64,000 bases of DNA from an uncultured Verrucomicrobiae bacterium (GCA_963813025.1 CAWEXO010000013.1:480001-544000); one strand, 5' to 3'; positions 28,923 to 39,461 are shown, numbered from the stretch's first letter. Numbers and translations: made by a program. The notes: a model not told the origin generated them from the sequence alone.

Positions 28923-31457
28923 TCAAATGGCGTCGTCTTGCAAATACTGTTTCAATTCCACCTTGACCGGCTTCGCATTCCAAATGTGCTGGCAATATTC
29001 CCGAATCGCACGGTCAGAGGAAAACTTGCCCACGCGGGCTATATTGAGAATGGACATTCGCGTCCAATTGTCTTTGTCTTGGTAAGCCTGGCTGACTTTT
29101 TCCTGACAATTAACATAGGAACGGTAATCCGCAAAAAGCATGTACGGATCGGATTTTATCAGGGAGTCTACCAGTGGCCTGAACAAGTTAGTGTCACCGT
29201 GAGAAAAGTGCCCGCAATTTATTAGATCAATTGCTTCTCGCAGATGCGGATCAGCATGGTAATAATCCCAGGGATGATATCCGTCGGCCCTTCTTTCTCG
29301 AACTTCTTCAGCAGTCAATCCAAACAAGAAAAAGTTTTCTGGTCCGACCTCGTTGCGGATTTCAATATTTGCGCCGTCCAATGTCCCGATCGTCAACGCT
29401 CCGTTCATGGCAAACTTCATATTACTGGTACCGGAAGCTTCGTAGCCGGCCGTGGAGATTTGTTCAGACAGGTCAGCAGCGGGATAAATCCAGCGAGCTT
29501 GTTTTACGTTGTAGTTAGGCAAAAAGATTATTTTGAGGCGATCACGTACATCTGGATCTTTATTCAACACCTCTCCCACAGAGTTGATCAATTTGATGAT
29601 CAGCTTGGCCATGAAGTAACCTGGGGCGGCTTTGCCGCCAAAGATAAATGTGCGGGGCACGATCTCGATATCGCGATCTTGTTTGATGCGGTTGTAAAGC
29701 GTGATGATGTGCAGCACGTTCAGATGTTGCCGCTTATATTCGTGCAGGCGTTTAACCTGAACGTCGAAGATGGTTTCGGGATTCACGGTAATACCCGTCT
29801 GCCTGTGAATATACGCGGCTAAATCCTGCTTATTTGCCAACTTGATCTTTTGACACTCACTGCGAAAGCCAGGGTCTTCTGCAAACGCCTGCAGCTTTCG
29901 GAGATCGTCCAGCTGTTTGATCCAGCTATCCCCGATTTTCTGGGTCGCCAGGCTCGAGAACCGAGGGTTGCACGCCACCAGGAACCGGCGCGGGGCAACG
30001 CCATTAGTGACGTTAAGAAATTTTTCAGGCCAAAGTTCATAAAAGTCGTGCAGCGTGGTCTCCTGCAGAAGCCGGGAATGCAGTTCGGCCACCCCATTGA
30101 TAGCATGGCTGCCGACCGTGGCGAGATAAGCCATGCGGACGTATCTTTCTCCGCTTTCGTCAATCAGCGACATTCGGGCGATCCGCGGGGCGTCATTGGG
30201 ATACCTGAGGCGGATCTCGTCCAGGAAGCGGCGGTTGATCTCGTAAATAATTTCCAGATGCCGGGGCAAAAGGCGGCCAAACAAATTGATCGGCCACTTT
30301 TCCAGGGCTTCCGGCAGCAGCGTGTGGTTGGTGTAAGCAAACGTTTTCTGAGTGACGTCCCAAGCCACATCCCAGTCAATCTGGTGCTCATCCACCAGCA
30401 ATCGCATGAGCTCCGCGACCCCAATCGATGGATGGGTATCATTCAGCTGTACGGCAAATGCTTCGTGGAAGTTGTTTAAGCTTCCTCCGGTATACAAGTG
30501 TATACGGATCATGTCTTGCAGGGAGCAGCAAACGAAGAAGTATTGTTGCTCCAGACGCAATTGCTTCCCTTGCACGGGCTCATCGTTTGGATAGAGGACT
30601 TTGGTGATGTTCTCTGTCACCACTTTGTCGTGGACCGCGCCGTAGTAGTCACCCAGGTTAAACTCTTGAAAGTCGAAGGATTCAAGTGCTTCCGCTTTCC
30701 ACAGACGCAGGGTATTGGCGGTGTTAACCTTATATCCAAGGATAGTCATATCGTGCGGAACACCCTTCACCACCTGCGCAGGAATCCACCGCACCCGATA
30801 TCGTCCTTGATCGTCAGTATATGCTTCTGTATGACCGCTGAAGTTCACCTCGACGGTTGACTCTGGACGAGGCAGCTCCCAGGGGTCTCCCAGGCGCAAC
30901 CATTTGTCTGCAATTTCAATCTGCCAGCCATCCCGAATCTCCTGGCTAAAGATGCCGAATTCGTAGCGGATGCCGTAGCCGATCGCGGGGATTTCCAGAG
31001 TTGACAGGGAATCCATGTAGCAAGCGGCCAGCCGTCCCAAGCCGCCATTGCCCAGGCCGGGTTCCGCTTCTTGTTCCAGCAATTCGTTCAGATCCAGTCC
31101 CAATTCCGCGAGAGCTTGGCGCACTTCATTGTAGATGCCTAGATTAACTAAGCTGTTCCCCAGGCGCGGTCCCAGCAGGAACTCTGCCGATAAATAACAG
31201 ACGACTTTAGGTTCTTTGTGCCTAAGATAGGTTTCAACTGTATTGATCCAACGATGCAACTGCCGATCGCGCACGGTATACGCCAGCGCCATGTAGAAAT
31301 CATTCTTCGTGGCGATCGCCGGAAATCTCCCTTGGGCGTAGAAAAGGTTATCCGCCAGGGCTCGTTTGAGAGTTTGTACATCCAACCCTGTACGATCGCC
31401 ATCGACGGCTACGTTCTGGCTTTGAAAATCCGGCGATGTGCTTGTGGGTGGATTCAT
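28923..31457 (-). CDS. glgP: Glycogen/alpha-glucan phosphorylase
   Basis: GLGNGGLGRLAAC, QLNDTHP, VKRLHEYKRQ, PLP motif EASGTSNMK; ATG 31457 chosen. Confidence 0.97.
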   Translation of the reverse strand: MNPPTSTSPDFQSQNVAVDGDRTGLDVQTLKRALADNLFYAQGRFPAIATKNDFYMALAYTVRDRQLHRWINTVETYLRHKEPKVVCYLSAEFLLGPRLGNSLVNLGIYNEVRQALAELGLDLNELLEQEAEPGLGNGGLGRLAACYMDSLSTLEIPAIGYGIRYEFGIFSQEIRDGWQIEIADKWLRLGDPWELPRPESTVEVNFSGHTEAYTDDQGRYRVRWIPAQVVKGVPHDMTILGYKVNTANTLRLWKAEALESFDFQEFNLGDYYGAVHDKVVTENITKVLYPNDEPVQGKQLRLEQQYFFVCCSLQDMIRIHLYTGGSLNNFHEAFAVQLNDTHPSIGVAELMRLLVDEHQIDWDVAWDVTQKTFAYTNHTLLPEALEKWPINLFGRLLPRHLEIIYEINRRFLDEIRLRYPNDAPRIARMSLIDESGERYVRMAYLATVGSHAINGVAELHSRLLQETTLHDFYELWPEKFLNVTNGVAPRRFLVACNPRFSSLATQKIGDSWIKQLDDLRKLQAFAEDPGFRSECQKIKLANKQDLAAYIHRQTGITVNPETIFDVQVKRLHEYKRQHLNVLHIITLYNRIKQDRDIEIVPRTFIFGGKAAPGYFMAKLIIKLINSVGEVLNKDPDVRDRLKIIFLPNYNVKQARWIYPAADLSEQISTAGYEASGTSNMKFAMNGALTIGTLDGANIEIRNEVGPENFFLFGLTAEEVRERRADGYHPWDYYHADPHLREAIDLINCGHFSHGDTNLFRPLVDSLIKSDPYMLFADYRSYVNCQEKVSQAYQDKDNWTRMSILNIARVGKFSSDRAIREYCQHIWNAKPVKVELKQYLQDDAI

Positions 31458-31877
31458 AATGCTCTGTAAGATGAATCCTTGGGATGGCAAAGAGGACTTT
31501 ACCAAACTCAGTGCCCGTCACGAAGATCCAGGCGTCCTTTCGGAAGCTTAGGCTGATTTTCTTCCATGGTTGGGCCATTGGTCCTGAGCAGGCCACCTGA
31601 AGCGGTTGTGGGGGTGGTGGCCTTCTCGAGTAGTTCCAGCTCGGCCGGGGGTGTCGCACGTACCTTCCTCGGTGTTTTGCGATTTGCTCCTCAAAACTCG
31701 AGGAGCACTCCCGATTTTTTGGCCCGCTGACCCTTTACGGATAGCTGATAAAACCCGGCTTGGGTCCGACTTCCTCGACATGCTACCAGTTCTGGAACAA
31801 TACCGCACCCAAACCGATCCGCTGAGGCACACAATACGAACTCTCGATATGCGACACGAAGTTTGGCAAGATCGCGC

Positions 31878-31974
31878 TCCAGTCGTGGTTTTTCTCGCCT
31901 CCGATGCTGCCTCGCGAGTCACCGGCGCAAGCTACGATGTTACTGCCGGGGATAGCGCAAAATACACCGCGTAA
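31878..31974 (+). pseudogene. SDR C-terminal fragment
   Basis: PVVVFLASDAASRVTGASYDVTAGDSA. Confidence 0.7.
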
Positions 31975-32032
31975 AGAGGAATGTTTTTGGCCGGGGCCGA
32001 ACTGACCGAAATCAAGGAGCAAAGACTCTACA

Positions 32033-32293
32033 ACAAGGAACTATTTCGGTGCTGATCTTGCCGAAACAAAAAACGGAGACAGTGTAGCCGTGTTCGGTTG
32101 TGTGTCAGTTGGCCAGTTTGCGATTGCCAGCGCCAAACTGTTGGGAGCTGGCCGGGTTTTCGCCATCGACACGATTCCGGAGCGCCTTCAGATGGCACGG
32201 CAGCAAGGAGCCGAAGTGATCGATTTTAACGATGAAGATCCCGAACAGACGTTGAAGGATTTGACGGACGGGAGTGGCCCGGATCGCGGGTGA
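32033..32293 (+). pseudogene. Zn-dependent alcohol dehydrogenase internal fragment
   Basis: YFGADLAE..GDSVAVFGC..VGQFAIASAKLLGAGRVFAID. Confidence 0.8.
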
Positions 32294-32403
32294 CCGAGAA
32301 CGATGATATTACATGCGCTTCCGCTAAAAACCTGTGAACATCCCCCTGTCTTTAACCGGCACATATCAGGCAACTAGAAGATTGAAACGCAAAGAAATCT
32401 GGG

Positions 32404-32922
32404 TTGCCGTGGGACTTCTGGGTTCCTGATTTCCGCGGAACTGGTGATCGCACTCAAGAGCGCTACCCAAAGGCGGAGGATCTCACAAAAAAGCCAAGGC
32501 AGACTGGGGTCGACCTGTTGCTGAATGCCAAGCCCGCTGCGCTCTCCAGCGTCGCGGATCCGGAGGGAAAGAGCACCGGCGCAATAGCTTCAGGAGAGCC
32601 GACGAACGTTGATGCCGAATTCACGACTGAAGTAAGTCACCCCCAGGTACCTGCGAACGCAACTTACTCATCTTCGGCAAATCAGCGAGACTCTGCGCGG
32701 ATTATTCGATCAAAGGTTCCCAAGGAATCGCATCGATCATCCGTGCGATCTAGAATAGTTGATGTGAAATTGCGACTGCTCGCACTATGGTACCAAAGCA
32801 TGGCGCGATCTGAAAATCTCGCAGCTGGATGTCATTCTCGAACTCTGGCGCAGGAAAAAAGAAGAAAGTGCAGCGCGACCGGCAGTACAAGCAAACGGCT
32901 GCCTGCGCTAAATCCGGGATAA
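32404..32922 (+). CDS. Hypothetical low-complexity protein or remnant sharing a C-terminal motif with the TIR protein
   Basis: SRIVDVKLRLLALWYQSMARS versus SRVARIKNLLIALWHQSLASS. Confidence 0.45.
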   Translation: MPWDFWVPDFRGTGDRTQERYPKAEDLTKKPRQTGVDLLLNAKPAALSSVADPEGKSTGAIASGEPTNVDAEFTTEVSHPQVPANATYSSSANQRDSARIIRSKVPKESHRSSVRSRIVDVKLRLLALWYQSMARSENLAAGCHSRTLAQEKRRKCSATGSTSKRLPALNPG

Positions 32923-33152
32923 CTGTCTGTTCTTTACACCAAAGTTGTTGCCGATGGCTTCAAAGCTTTCGGCGTAGATCTCACCGGCCTCAAACCAGGA
33001 GCACAGTGACAGCTTGCTTCCTGGTTCTCAGGCATCCAAAAAACACAAGAAGACCGAACCGTCATAGTATGCCACGCGGAAGCAAGTCCAAAAAGAGAAA
33101 ACGAATACAAGAAGATTTAAGCTAGCCAATTGAAGCAAACGATCCAAGGTCG

Positions 33153-33995
33153 TCAATCTCGTTGGCCGAAGAGTTGATTAAGTTCTCTGAACGGGGTGCC
33201 GCCGGCGAGCGTTTCGAAGGTGCCGTTTGCAGCGATGGCGCGAGCCGCCCGGACGAAGGCACCCCAAGCGGCGAGCGCCAGGCCGGAGCCGACAGAGATG
33301 CGGCGCACACCAAGGTCGCCGAGTTGCGAAACGGAGAGCTGCGAATTGAATCCGGAGACCAGCACATTGACGGGCTTCGGAGCGACAGCTTTAACGATGG
33401 CGGCGATGTCATCCGGTTCGCTGACCCCCGGCGCATACAGGCAATCGGCCCCGGCATCGGCGTAGGCGACGAGACGCGCGAGCGACGTGCCAAGCGGATC
33501 GGAGTCCCTGACGAGGAAAGCCTCGCAGCGCCCGGTCAGGATAACGGCATTGCCTGAGGTGTCGATGGCATGGCGGGCGGCCTGGATCCGCTGTACCGCG
33601 ATCGACTCTTCGTAGAGTGGAGCGTTGCTGTCTCCGGTAGAATCCTCGATCGAAAGGCCGGCGACGCCGGTGGCGACGCAGAGTGCCGTGTTAGCGGCGA
33701 CGCCTTCGGGTGCCTGGGCGAAGCCTCCCAGGAAATCCGCGTTGACCGGAAGCGGCGTGGCGGCCGCAATCTCACGGATATGCGCGAGCATTTCGTCACG
33801 CGGGACCGCGCCATCAGCCGTTCCGCGACTGAAAGCGAATCCGGCTGAAGTTGTGGCCAGCGCCTTGAAGCCCAGATGTTGCAAATAGACGGTCGTCCCA
33901 ACGTCCCACGGATTCGGCAGCACGAAGCACCTGTCGGCGTGCAAAGCATGAAAGGCCGCGATCGCGGATGGCTGAGCAGTGCGCTGATCGTTCAC
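33153..33995 (-). CDS. Isocitrate lyase/PEP mutase family protein
   Basis: LPNPWD, ALATTSAG, PVNAD, SIED, AGADCLYAPG. Confidence 0.92.
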   Translation of the reverse strand: MNDQRTAQPSAIAAFHALHADRCFVLPNPWDVGTTVYLQHLGFKALATTSAGFAFSRGTADGAVPRDEMLAHIREIAAATPLPVNADFLGGFAQAPEGVAANTALCVATGVAGLSIEDSTGDSNAPLYEESIAVQRIQAARHAIDTSGNAVILTGRCEAFLVRDSDPLGTSLARLVAYADAGADCLYAPGVSEPDDIAAIVKAVAPKPVNVLVSGFNSQLSVSQLGDLGVRRISVGSGLALAAWGAFVRAARAIAANGTFETLAGGTPFRELNQLFGQRD

Positions 33996-34468
33996 GCCGA
34001 CATCCTACACCTGCCGCACGTGGACGCGCCAGCCTCGGGATTGCGTTGCCACGGCTCTTTATGGGCGCACCGGTTCGGAGCGTTATTCGGGCAGGTTCAC
34101 AATAGTCTCAGACATTAACCTCAAATCAAGGCATGTAGCTCCGCATGAAATACGAAGTCCCTCACATACTTGATGGTGGCGTAAATGGACTTTTTCGCTC
34201 CGGTTCGCATGTTGGCATAGACCTGACCAATCCGGTCTCTACCGTTCCGCAAACGCCCCCGTTACGTGCAAGAAGGCTGCTCGCCCGCCATCTTCGAACT
34301 AGTTGCATCCCGCTCTTCCTGGTGTCCCGTCGCTGCCGCTGAAGACTAGCGAAGATGGCTAGTCGTATATCGTATTACGGCATATATGGAAAATGCGAAA
34401 GAACATGGTATCTTTTGTCGAAAAGAAGCTGACGGATATGGCGGTCGAAATCATACACCAACTGGTGC

Positions 34469-34666
34469 ATGGCAAATACAATGAACATTATCCTTTATCT
34501 TGCAGTTGTCTGTTCAATGCTCTTCGGGCCGATTGGAGTCATTATCTTTGAAGATTGGCGCGCACGCCGCGAAACTTGCAGGCAGGACGAACGCAGGCGC
34601 CGCTGGGCGGAGTTTTTCGAAAGCGACGGCAGCCCGATCGACTCAAGGATGAAGGAGAAGCAATGA
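34469..34666 (+). CDS. Small single-TM hypothetical protein
   Basis: 65 aa; hydrophobic N-half, charged C-half; AT-rich upstream region. Confidence 0.45.
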   Translation: MANTMNIILYLAVVCSMLFGPIGVIIFEDWRARRETCRQDERRRRWAEFFESDGSPIDSRMKEKQ

Positions 34667-34687
34667 CTGACGACGGATCTTATGAGA

Positions 34688-35695
34688 CTATTCGTGGTGC
34701 CAAAGATCCGAAGTCAGAAAGGCCGCAGTGGCGCCTCCTAGAATCACCGCAGCAGCGGCAAGCCATCCCTGATGTTGGGTTAGCTTCAAAGCCCAACTCA
34801 GGCCGTGCGCCCGATCGTCGAACGAGCCGTGCGCGCCGGGGTCTCCTGATACCGGTTCCCAGAGGTTGTCGGGACGATTCGGGTCTGCCGGTCCATCGTA
34901 TTGCTGCGCCTGATATCCTGTCTTGCCAAGATAGGAATCCAATAGACCGGGTACAAATCGTTGACCGAGAATCGCCTCATAGGTCGACGCGCCGACCCAG
35001 ACTTCTCGACGCTGGTGGTTGGCTGCCCACAAAATCGCCTCAGCAGCAACTTCGGGCTGGAAAATTGGCGGCACTGGTTGCGCCTTGTGGGGTAGACGGC
35101 TTTTTACCCAGCCGAACTGGGGAGTATTCAGGGCGGGCATGTGAACTATCGAAAGTTTGATCGCACTACCTTCATGAATCAGTTCACAACGCAGAGAGTC
35201 GGTAAACCCGACAATCGCGTGTTTGGAGCCGCAGTAGGCGGACTGCAACGGTATGCTGCGATAGGCTAAGGCCGAGCCGACCTGAACAATTGTGCCACGA
35301 TTTCTTGGCAGCATACGTTTGAGTGCCTCCATCGTCCCGTAAACCACGCCCAAGTAAGTTACCTCGGTGACTCGCTTGAATTCCTCAGGTCTGATTTCCG
35401 CGACTGGTGCGAAGACCGACGTCATCGCGTTGTTAATCCAGATGTCGATCGGTCCGAATGTTTCCTCGACAGCTTCTGCCGCTCTTGCCACAGCAGTCGC
35501 ATCAGCTACGTCCGTCGGGAGCCCGATTGCGTGGCCCCCGTATGCTTCTGCCTCCTTACGTGCGCCATCCAGCCCTTCGTGTCCTCGAGCCAAAAGCCCA
35601 ATGTATGCGCGCCGCTTTGCGAAAGCACAAACAGTCGCTCGACCCACGCCGGCAGATGCACCGGTAACAACAACTACTTTAGGTTTTGTGTTCAT
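34688..35695 (-). CDS. SDR family oxidoreductase with a C-terminal TM tail
   Basis: TGASAGVG, INNA, YCGSK. Confidence 0.94.
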   Translation of the reverse strand: MNTKPKVVVVTGASAGVGRATVCAFAKRRAYIGLLARGHEGLDGARKEAEAYGGHAIGLPTDVADATAVARAAEAVEETFGPIDIWINNAMTSVFAPVAEIRPEEFKRVTEVTYLGVVYGTMEALKRMLPRNRGTIVQVGSALAYRSIPLQSAYCGSKHAIVGFTDSLRCELIHEGSAIKLSIVHMPALNTPQFGWVKSRLPHKAQPVPPIFQPEVAAEAILWAANHQRREVWVGASTYEAILGQRFVPGLLDSYLGKTGYQAQQYDGPADPNRPDNLWEPVSGDPGAHGSFDDRAHGLSWALKLTQHQGWLAAAAVILGGATAAFLTSDLWHHE

Positions 35696-37452
35696 AAACC
35701 AAGCAATCTTTGACCCGTCCGGAACCGGGGTATGCCCACTCCGTGGGTTCCTGGTGGAGACATTCGGCGGCGAACGGGCGGTGGGGTCAGGTCACGCGTG
35801 TCGGATGTAAAAATCGTGTTTCCCTGTGAGATGAGATAATCAGCGGTGCGCGCAGCCAGCGCTTGAATGGTTAACCCAGGATTAGCAGAGCCTTGGGTCG
35901 GCAAAATACTGCCGTCACAGACGAACAAGTTAGCAACATCATGAGTCCGACCAAAGCAGTCCACAACTGATGTCGCGGGATCTTTTCCCATGCGAGCCGC
36001 GCCAACCAGGTGGGCGTAGCGTGCTTCCTGGACAACTTCTTCCGCACCGGCCGACCGCATCACTTCCATGACTTTGTTTTTCCCAAATTCGATCAGCTTC
36101 TTGTCGTTGTCGTGCAGGCTGAAAGAAACATGGGCCACCGGCAAACCGAACTGATCTCGTTCCTTCGCCAGGGTAACTCGATTCTCGGCCCACGGCAGGA
36201 TTTCGCCTAATAAGCCAAACGCCGACCAATGGTTATAATCCATCATGACTCGGCGCATTCCCCAACCCCAAGCCCCCTTTGCCGCCATCATTTGTTTCGC
36301 AAACGCGATCGGCAACGGACCGACTGTCTGGATCGCAAAACCCCGGGCGAAGTCGCGCTTCCTGTCTGTTTCGTAAAATTCTTCCGTCAGTGCATGAGCA
36401 GGCGGTGCTTTGTACATCCGGATCGGGTCCGCGAAGCGTCCCAAAATAACATTTCCGGCCTGCGCCATTAAATAGCGCCCCACAGTATCGCTGGAGTTGG
36501 CCAATCCATTTTCGTGTCGGCTGCAGGCCGAGTTTAGCAGGAGGCGTGGTGTTTCAATGGCATACCCGGAGACAATTACTGCTTTTGCTTTCTGGAAATG
36601 TTCTCGACCTTCCCGATCAAAGTACAGGACGCCGGTAACTCTCCCATTGGTCCCGAGTTCGATTCGAGCGGCCATGCAACGATCCCTGATTTCGGCGCCA
36701 CAGCGTAGCGCATCAGGCACATGGGTAACCAAGGTGCTTGCTTTCGCGCCGACTTTGCAGCCTTGAATGCAAAAACCGCGATAAATACAGTGCGGGCGCT
36801 GGCCGTGCGAGCCCGCATTGATCGCAACTGGACCGCCGGCACAAACCCGAATACCAAGTTTGGTGCAACCTCGAATCAAACTATTCCCGACCCCTCCCAT
36901 GGGGTGCGGACCGTACGGATAACCATGTGGATCCCCCCACGGGAAATATGCCGGACCGGAAACCGGCATTTCCAGTTCGAGGAGCTCATAGTATGGCTTC
37001 AGGTCCGGGTAGCCGATCGGCCAATCTACTCCCACCCCGTCTTCCGTGTGGACCCGGAAGTCCGACGGATGGAATCGCGGTGCGAAGGCGGCCCAGTGTA
37101 CGGATCCGCCGCCGACACCTTTGCCGCAGTTGTTCGCACCAAGCGTCAGCGGATTGGCGCCGCCGATGATGCGCAGATCTTCCCAGTAGAGCCGGTGAGA
37201 CCCGGCTTCATCGCTAACCCAATCTTTTTCAGTATCCCAAAAAGGTCCAGCCTCGAGTGCTACAACCGAGAACCCGGCGCGGGCGAGCCTTTGAATCAGA
37301 ACGCCTCCGGCTGAGCCTACGCCGACGACAAGATAATCGACGGCTTCGGTCTCGGCACGCCGGCGCATGGACGAACTGATGCGCTGAATCGGCCCAAGAG
37401 AGTGCGTGTGCTGGTTTGGCGAGCGAAAGGCGCCTCCGATCGGCAGTTTCAA
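35692..37452 (-). CDS. GMC family FAD oxidoreductase
   Basis: VGVGSAGG, GKGVGGGSVHW, CIYRGFCIQGC, ETPRLLLNS, ANPGLTIQALA. Confidence 0.94.
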   Translation of the reverse strand: MKLPIGGAFRSPNQHTHSLGPIQRISSSMRRRAETEAVDYLVVGVGSAGGVLIQRLARAGFSVVALEAGPFWDTEKDWVSDEAGSHRLYWEDLRIIGGANPLTLGANNCGKGVGGGSVHWAAFAPRFHPSDFRVHTEDGVGVDWPIGYPDLKPYYELLELEMPVSGPAYFPWGDPHGYPYGPHPMGGVGNSLIRGCTKLGIRVCAGGPVAINAGSHGQRPHCIYRGFCIQGCKVGAKASTLVTHVPDALRCGAEIRDRCMAARIELGTNGRVTGVLYFDREGREHFQKAKAVIVSGYAIETPRLLLNSACSRHENGLANSSDTVGRYLMAQAGNVILGRFADPIRMYKAPPAHALTEEFYETDRKRDFARGFAIQTVGPLPIAFAKQMMAAKGAWGWGMRRVMMDYNHWSAFGLLGEILPWAENRVTLAKERDQFGLPVAHVSFSLHDNDKKLIEFGKNKVMEVMRSAGAEEVVQEARYAHLVGAARMGKDPATSVVDCFGRTHDVANLFVCDGSILPTQGSANPGLTIQALAARTADYLISQGNTIFTSDTRDLTPPPVRRRMSPPGTHGVGIPRFRTGQRLLGL

Positions 37453-38219
37453 TGATGGATGTCCCCCTGCTGTAAATGGGCCAAATCTTCGATCTTCTCC
37501 AACTCGGCAAGATCGGAAACAGTATCTGGTGGCGCCTGCCAGAAATAGCGTTTCTCCTCGACTTCCCAGGGTTCCGGCTCACCGCGTTCGAGGCGAAAAT
37601 AGCCGCGCGGATAGGCTGGACCGCCGTATCCGATCTCATCCCAGCTCCAGGGATGCGCGTAATAAACTTCCACACAGTCTTCAATCAGGAGCGTCCAGAA
37701 ACGATGAACCGGCAGGCGTTGCCAGAGATGCAAAGCAGCGGTCGGCTTGCCGTCCCGAATCGTTTTCAATAGCTCATCCTGCTCGCGCCAGCTCAGCTCC
37801 AGAAATTCGCGGCCATGCAACTCGCGAGCCATCACTTGGAATATCTGAATCGCTAGGCGGTACGCCTCCCCGTGTGGCGGCATATTTTCGAACCGGTAGC
37901 CTCGAGTGCGGTGTTCAAAAAGACGTTCATCGATCAAAGGAACAATGGGAATCCGGTGAGCCGCGGGTCGATCATCCTGGGGGAGCACGTGCTCGCACAC
38001 GACAGTCAGCACCCGCACCTCATCGCTGTCGAAGAAACGAATCGGCGGCGGCTCATCCAATCGCCGTAGCACGACGGCGCGAGTAGCGGCATCCCAGAAA
38101 CCCTGCTGGTCGAGCGTGCTGTAGCCTGGATAGTAGCCGGGCTCCGGCTTTGGCTCAAGGCGATCGCCGGTGAACGGGTCCCGGAGACCCGCTTCACGAT
38201 TGTTTCCTTCCGTCTGCAT
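37449..38219 (-). CDS. Gluconate 2-dehydrogenase subunit 3 family protein
   Basis: YYAHPWSWDEIGYGGPAYPRGY; 4-nt overlap with the GMC gene. Confidence 0.85.
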   Translation of the reverse strand: MQTEGNNREAGLRDPFTGDRLEPKPEPGYYPGYSTLDQQGFWDAATRAVVLRRLDEPPPIRFFDSDEVRVLTVVCEHVLPQDDRPAAHRIPIVPLIDERLFEHRTRGYRFENMPPHGEAYRLAIQIFQVMARELHGREFLELSWREQDELLKTIRDGKPTAALHLWQRLPVHRFWTLLIEDCVEVYYAHPWSWDEIGYGGPAYPRGYFRLERGEPEPWEVEEKRYFWQAPPDTVSDLAELEKIEDLAHLQQGDIHH

Positions 38220-38231
38220 TCGTCGATTCGG

Positions 38232-39155
38232 TTATCGTTCTCGTCGCATCTGGCTGGCGAGCAGTCCGACCGCACCGCAGGCCGCAAAAAGGAGGGGCGC
38301 AAAAACTGGTGGCCCGTACATGATGTTGTAAAGCTTCAGCTTTAGCCCGCCCGGCCGGCGGAGCACCCCGCGTGCGTGATAGAAAAACCCGACCGCGCCG
38401 TCGGCCATAGCCAAAAGGGAGAGTGCCGGCAACCAGGTACGCGCAATTTGCGGGCTCTTGATTGATGCTCCCGCAGCGGCCATCAGCAGCGGCGTAAGCA
38501 TAATCGGAGTCCATTGAGCTCGATAACGGAAATTGTTCTTGTAGTGAGAGTAGAGTGCCTCGAAACCGCTGAAGAAGGTGGCGAAAACCGTAACTGCAGC
38601 CAAATGCTGCTGGTATCGTCCTTCGCTCAATGCTGCTCCTTGTAGCAAAAGCTTCAGCGGCTGCCCGGAGCCTCGGCCGGGCCAACGAACAAGGGATCGA
38701 ACCTCCGGTGTTTCTTCCGAGCGCAAGAACGACGCGAGCAAACCGAGATAAGCGCTAACTCCAAACAACAGCGGAGCGAAGATCGGCGGCCCCATGATAA
38801 TATTCGCGACTGGTACCCGCCAGCCGCCCGGCTTGCGTTGAATGCCCCGGACGTGAAAAAGAAAGCCTATCCCACTGTCGACAAGCGTGATGGCCGAAAC
38901 CCCTCGAAGCAGCGAGCGCGCCACTCGCCGGTCAATTGATCCCCACACTCCAGCTGCGGTTAAAGCCCCGCTGAGAATGACCGGCGTATACATTACGCGC
39001 TGGCCATAGCTGCCCCGATAATGCTCGTAAGCAACCTCGAGTCCCGAGAGAATGCTGGACAATCCGGCGAGCAAAGAAAGGCTTCTCTGAAATCGTCCCT
39101 CCCGGATATGGGTTCTTACTGAACGGAGATCGCGCGTCAGCGTTATACCCTTCAA
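38232..39155 (-). CDS. Membrane protein with two homologous His-containing halves
   Basis: Internal repeat EHYRG..HVRG..GPPIFAPLLF / SHYKN..HARG..GPPVFAPLLF; TTG 39155 preceded by GAGGAG. Confidence 0.8.
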   Translation of the reverse strand: MKGITLTRDLRSVRTHIREGRFQRSLSLLAGLSSILSGLEVAYEHYRGSYGQRVMYTPVILSGALTAAGVWGSIDRRVARSLLRGVSAITLVDSGIGFLFHVRGIQRKPGGWRVPVANIIMGPPIFAPLLFGVSAYLGLLASFLRSEETPEVRSLVRWPGRGSGQPLKLLLQGAALSEGRYQQHLAAVTVFATFFSGFEALYSHYKNNFRYRAQWTPIMLTPLLMAAAGASIKSPQIARTWLPALSLLAMADGAVGFFYHARGVLRRPGGLKLKLYNIMYGPPVFAPLLFAACGAVGLLASQMRRER

Positions 39156-39169
39156 TCTTGTACTCCTCA

Positions 39170-39433
39170 GAATTTTCGGTGGACCCGGCACACCATGCTG
39201 GTCCACGCAGATGGGATGTTGAACGGATCGAGGCCCAGCACTGTTTTGGCGAGCATGTCACGGATCAGGACCGCCGTGCTCGTGTCCGCATAAGTGTAGC
39301 CAATGCCTGTTACCTCATTTGCTGTGGCCTCCACCAAGACCATTGTCGTTTTATCCCACGCCAAGGTTCCGTCGGATTCCGGCGCGTCGGTTGGAACAGT
39401 GTACGCCGCGACCGAGATCTTATCGATTTTCAT
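39170..39433 (-). pseudogene. Mandelate racemase/enolase superfamily, N-terminal fragment
   Basis: YTVPTDAPESDGTLAWDKTTMVLVE..GIGYTY; truncated after about 85 aa. Confidence 0.85.
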
Positions 39434-39461
39434 TGAAAATAGAAATCCGAATAAACCTCCT

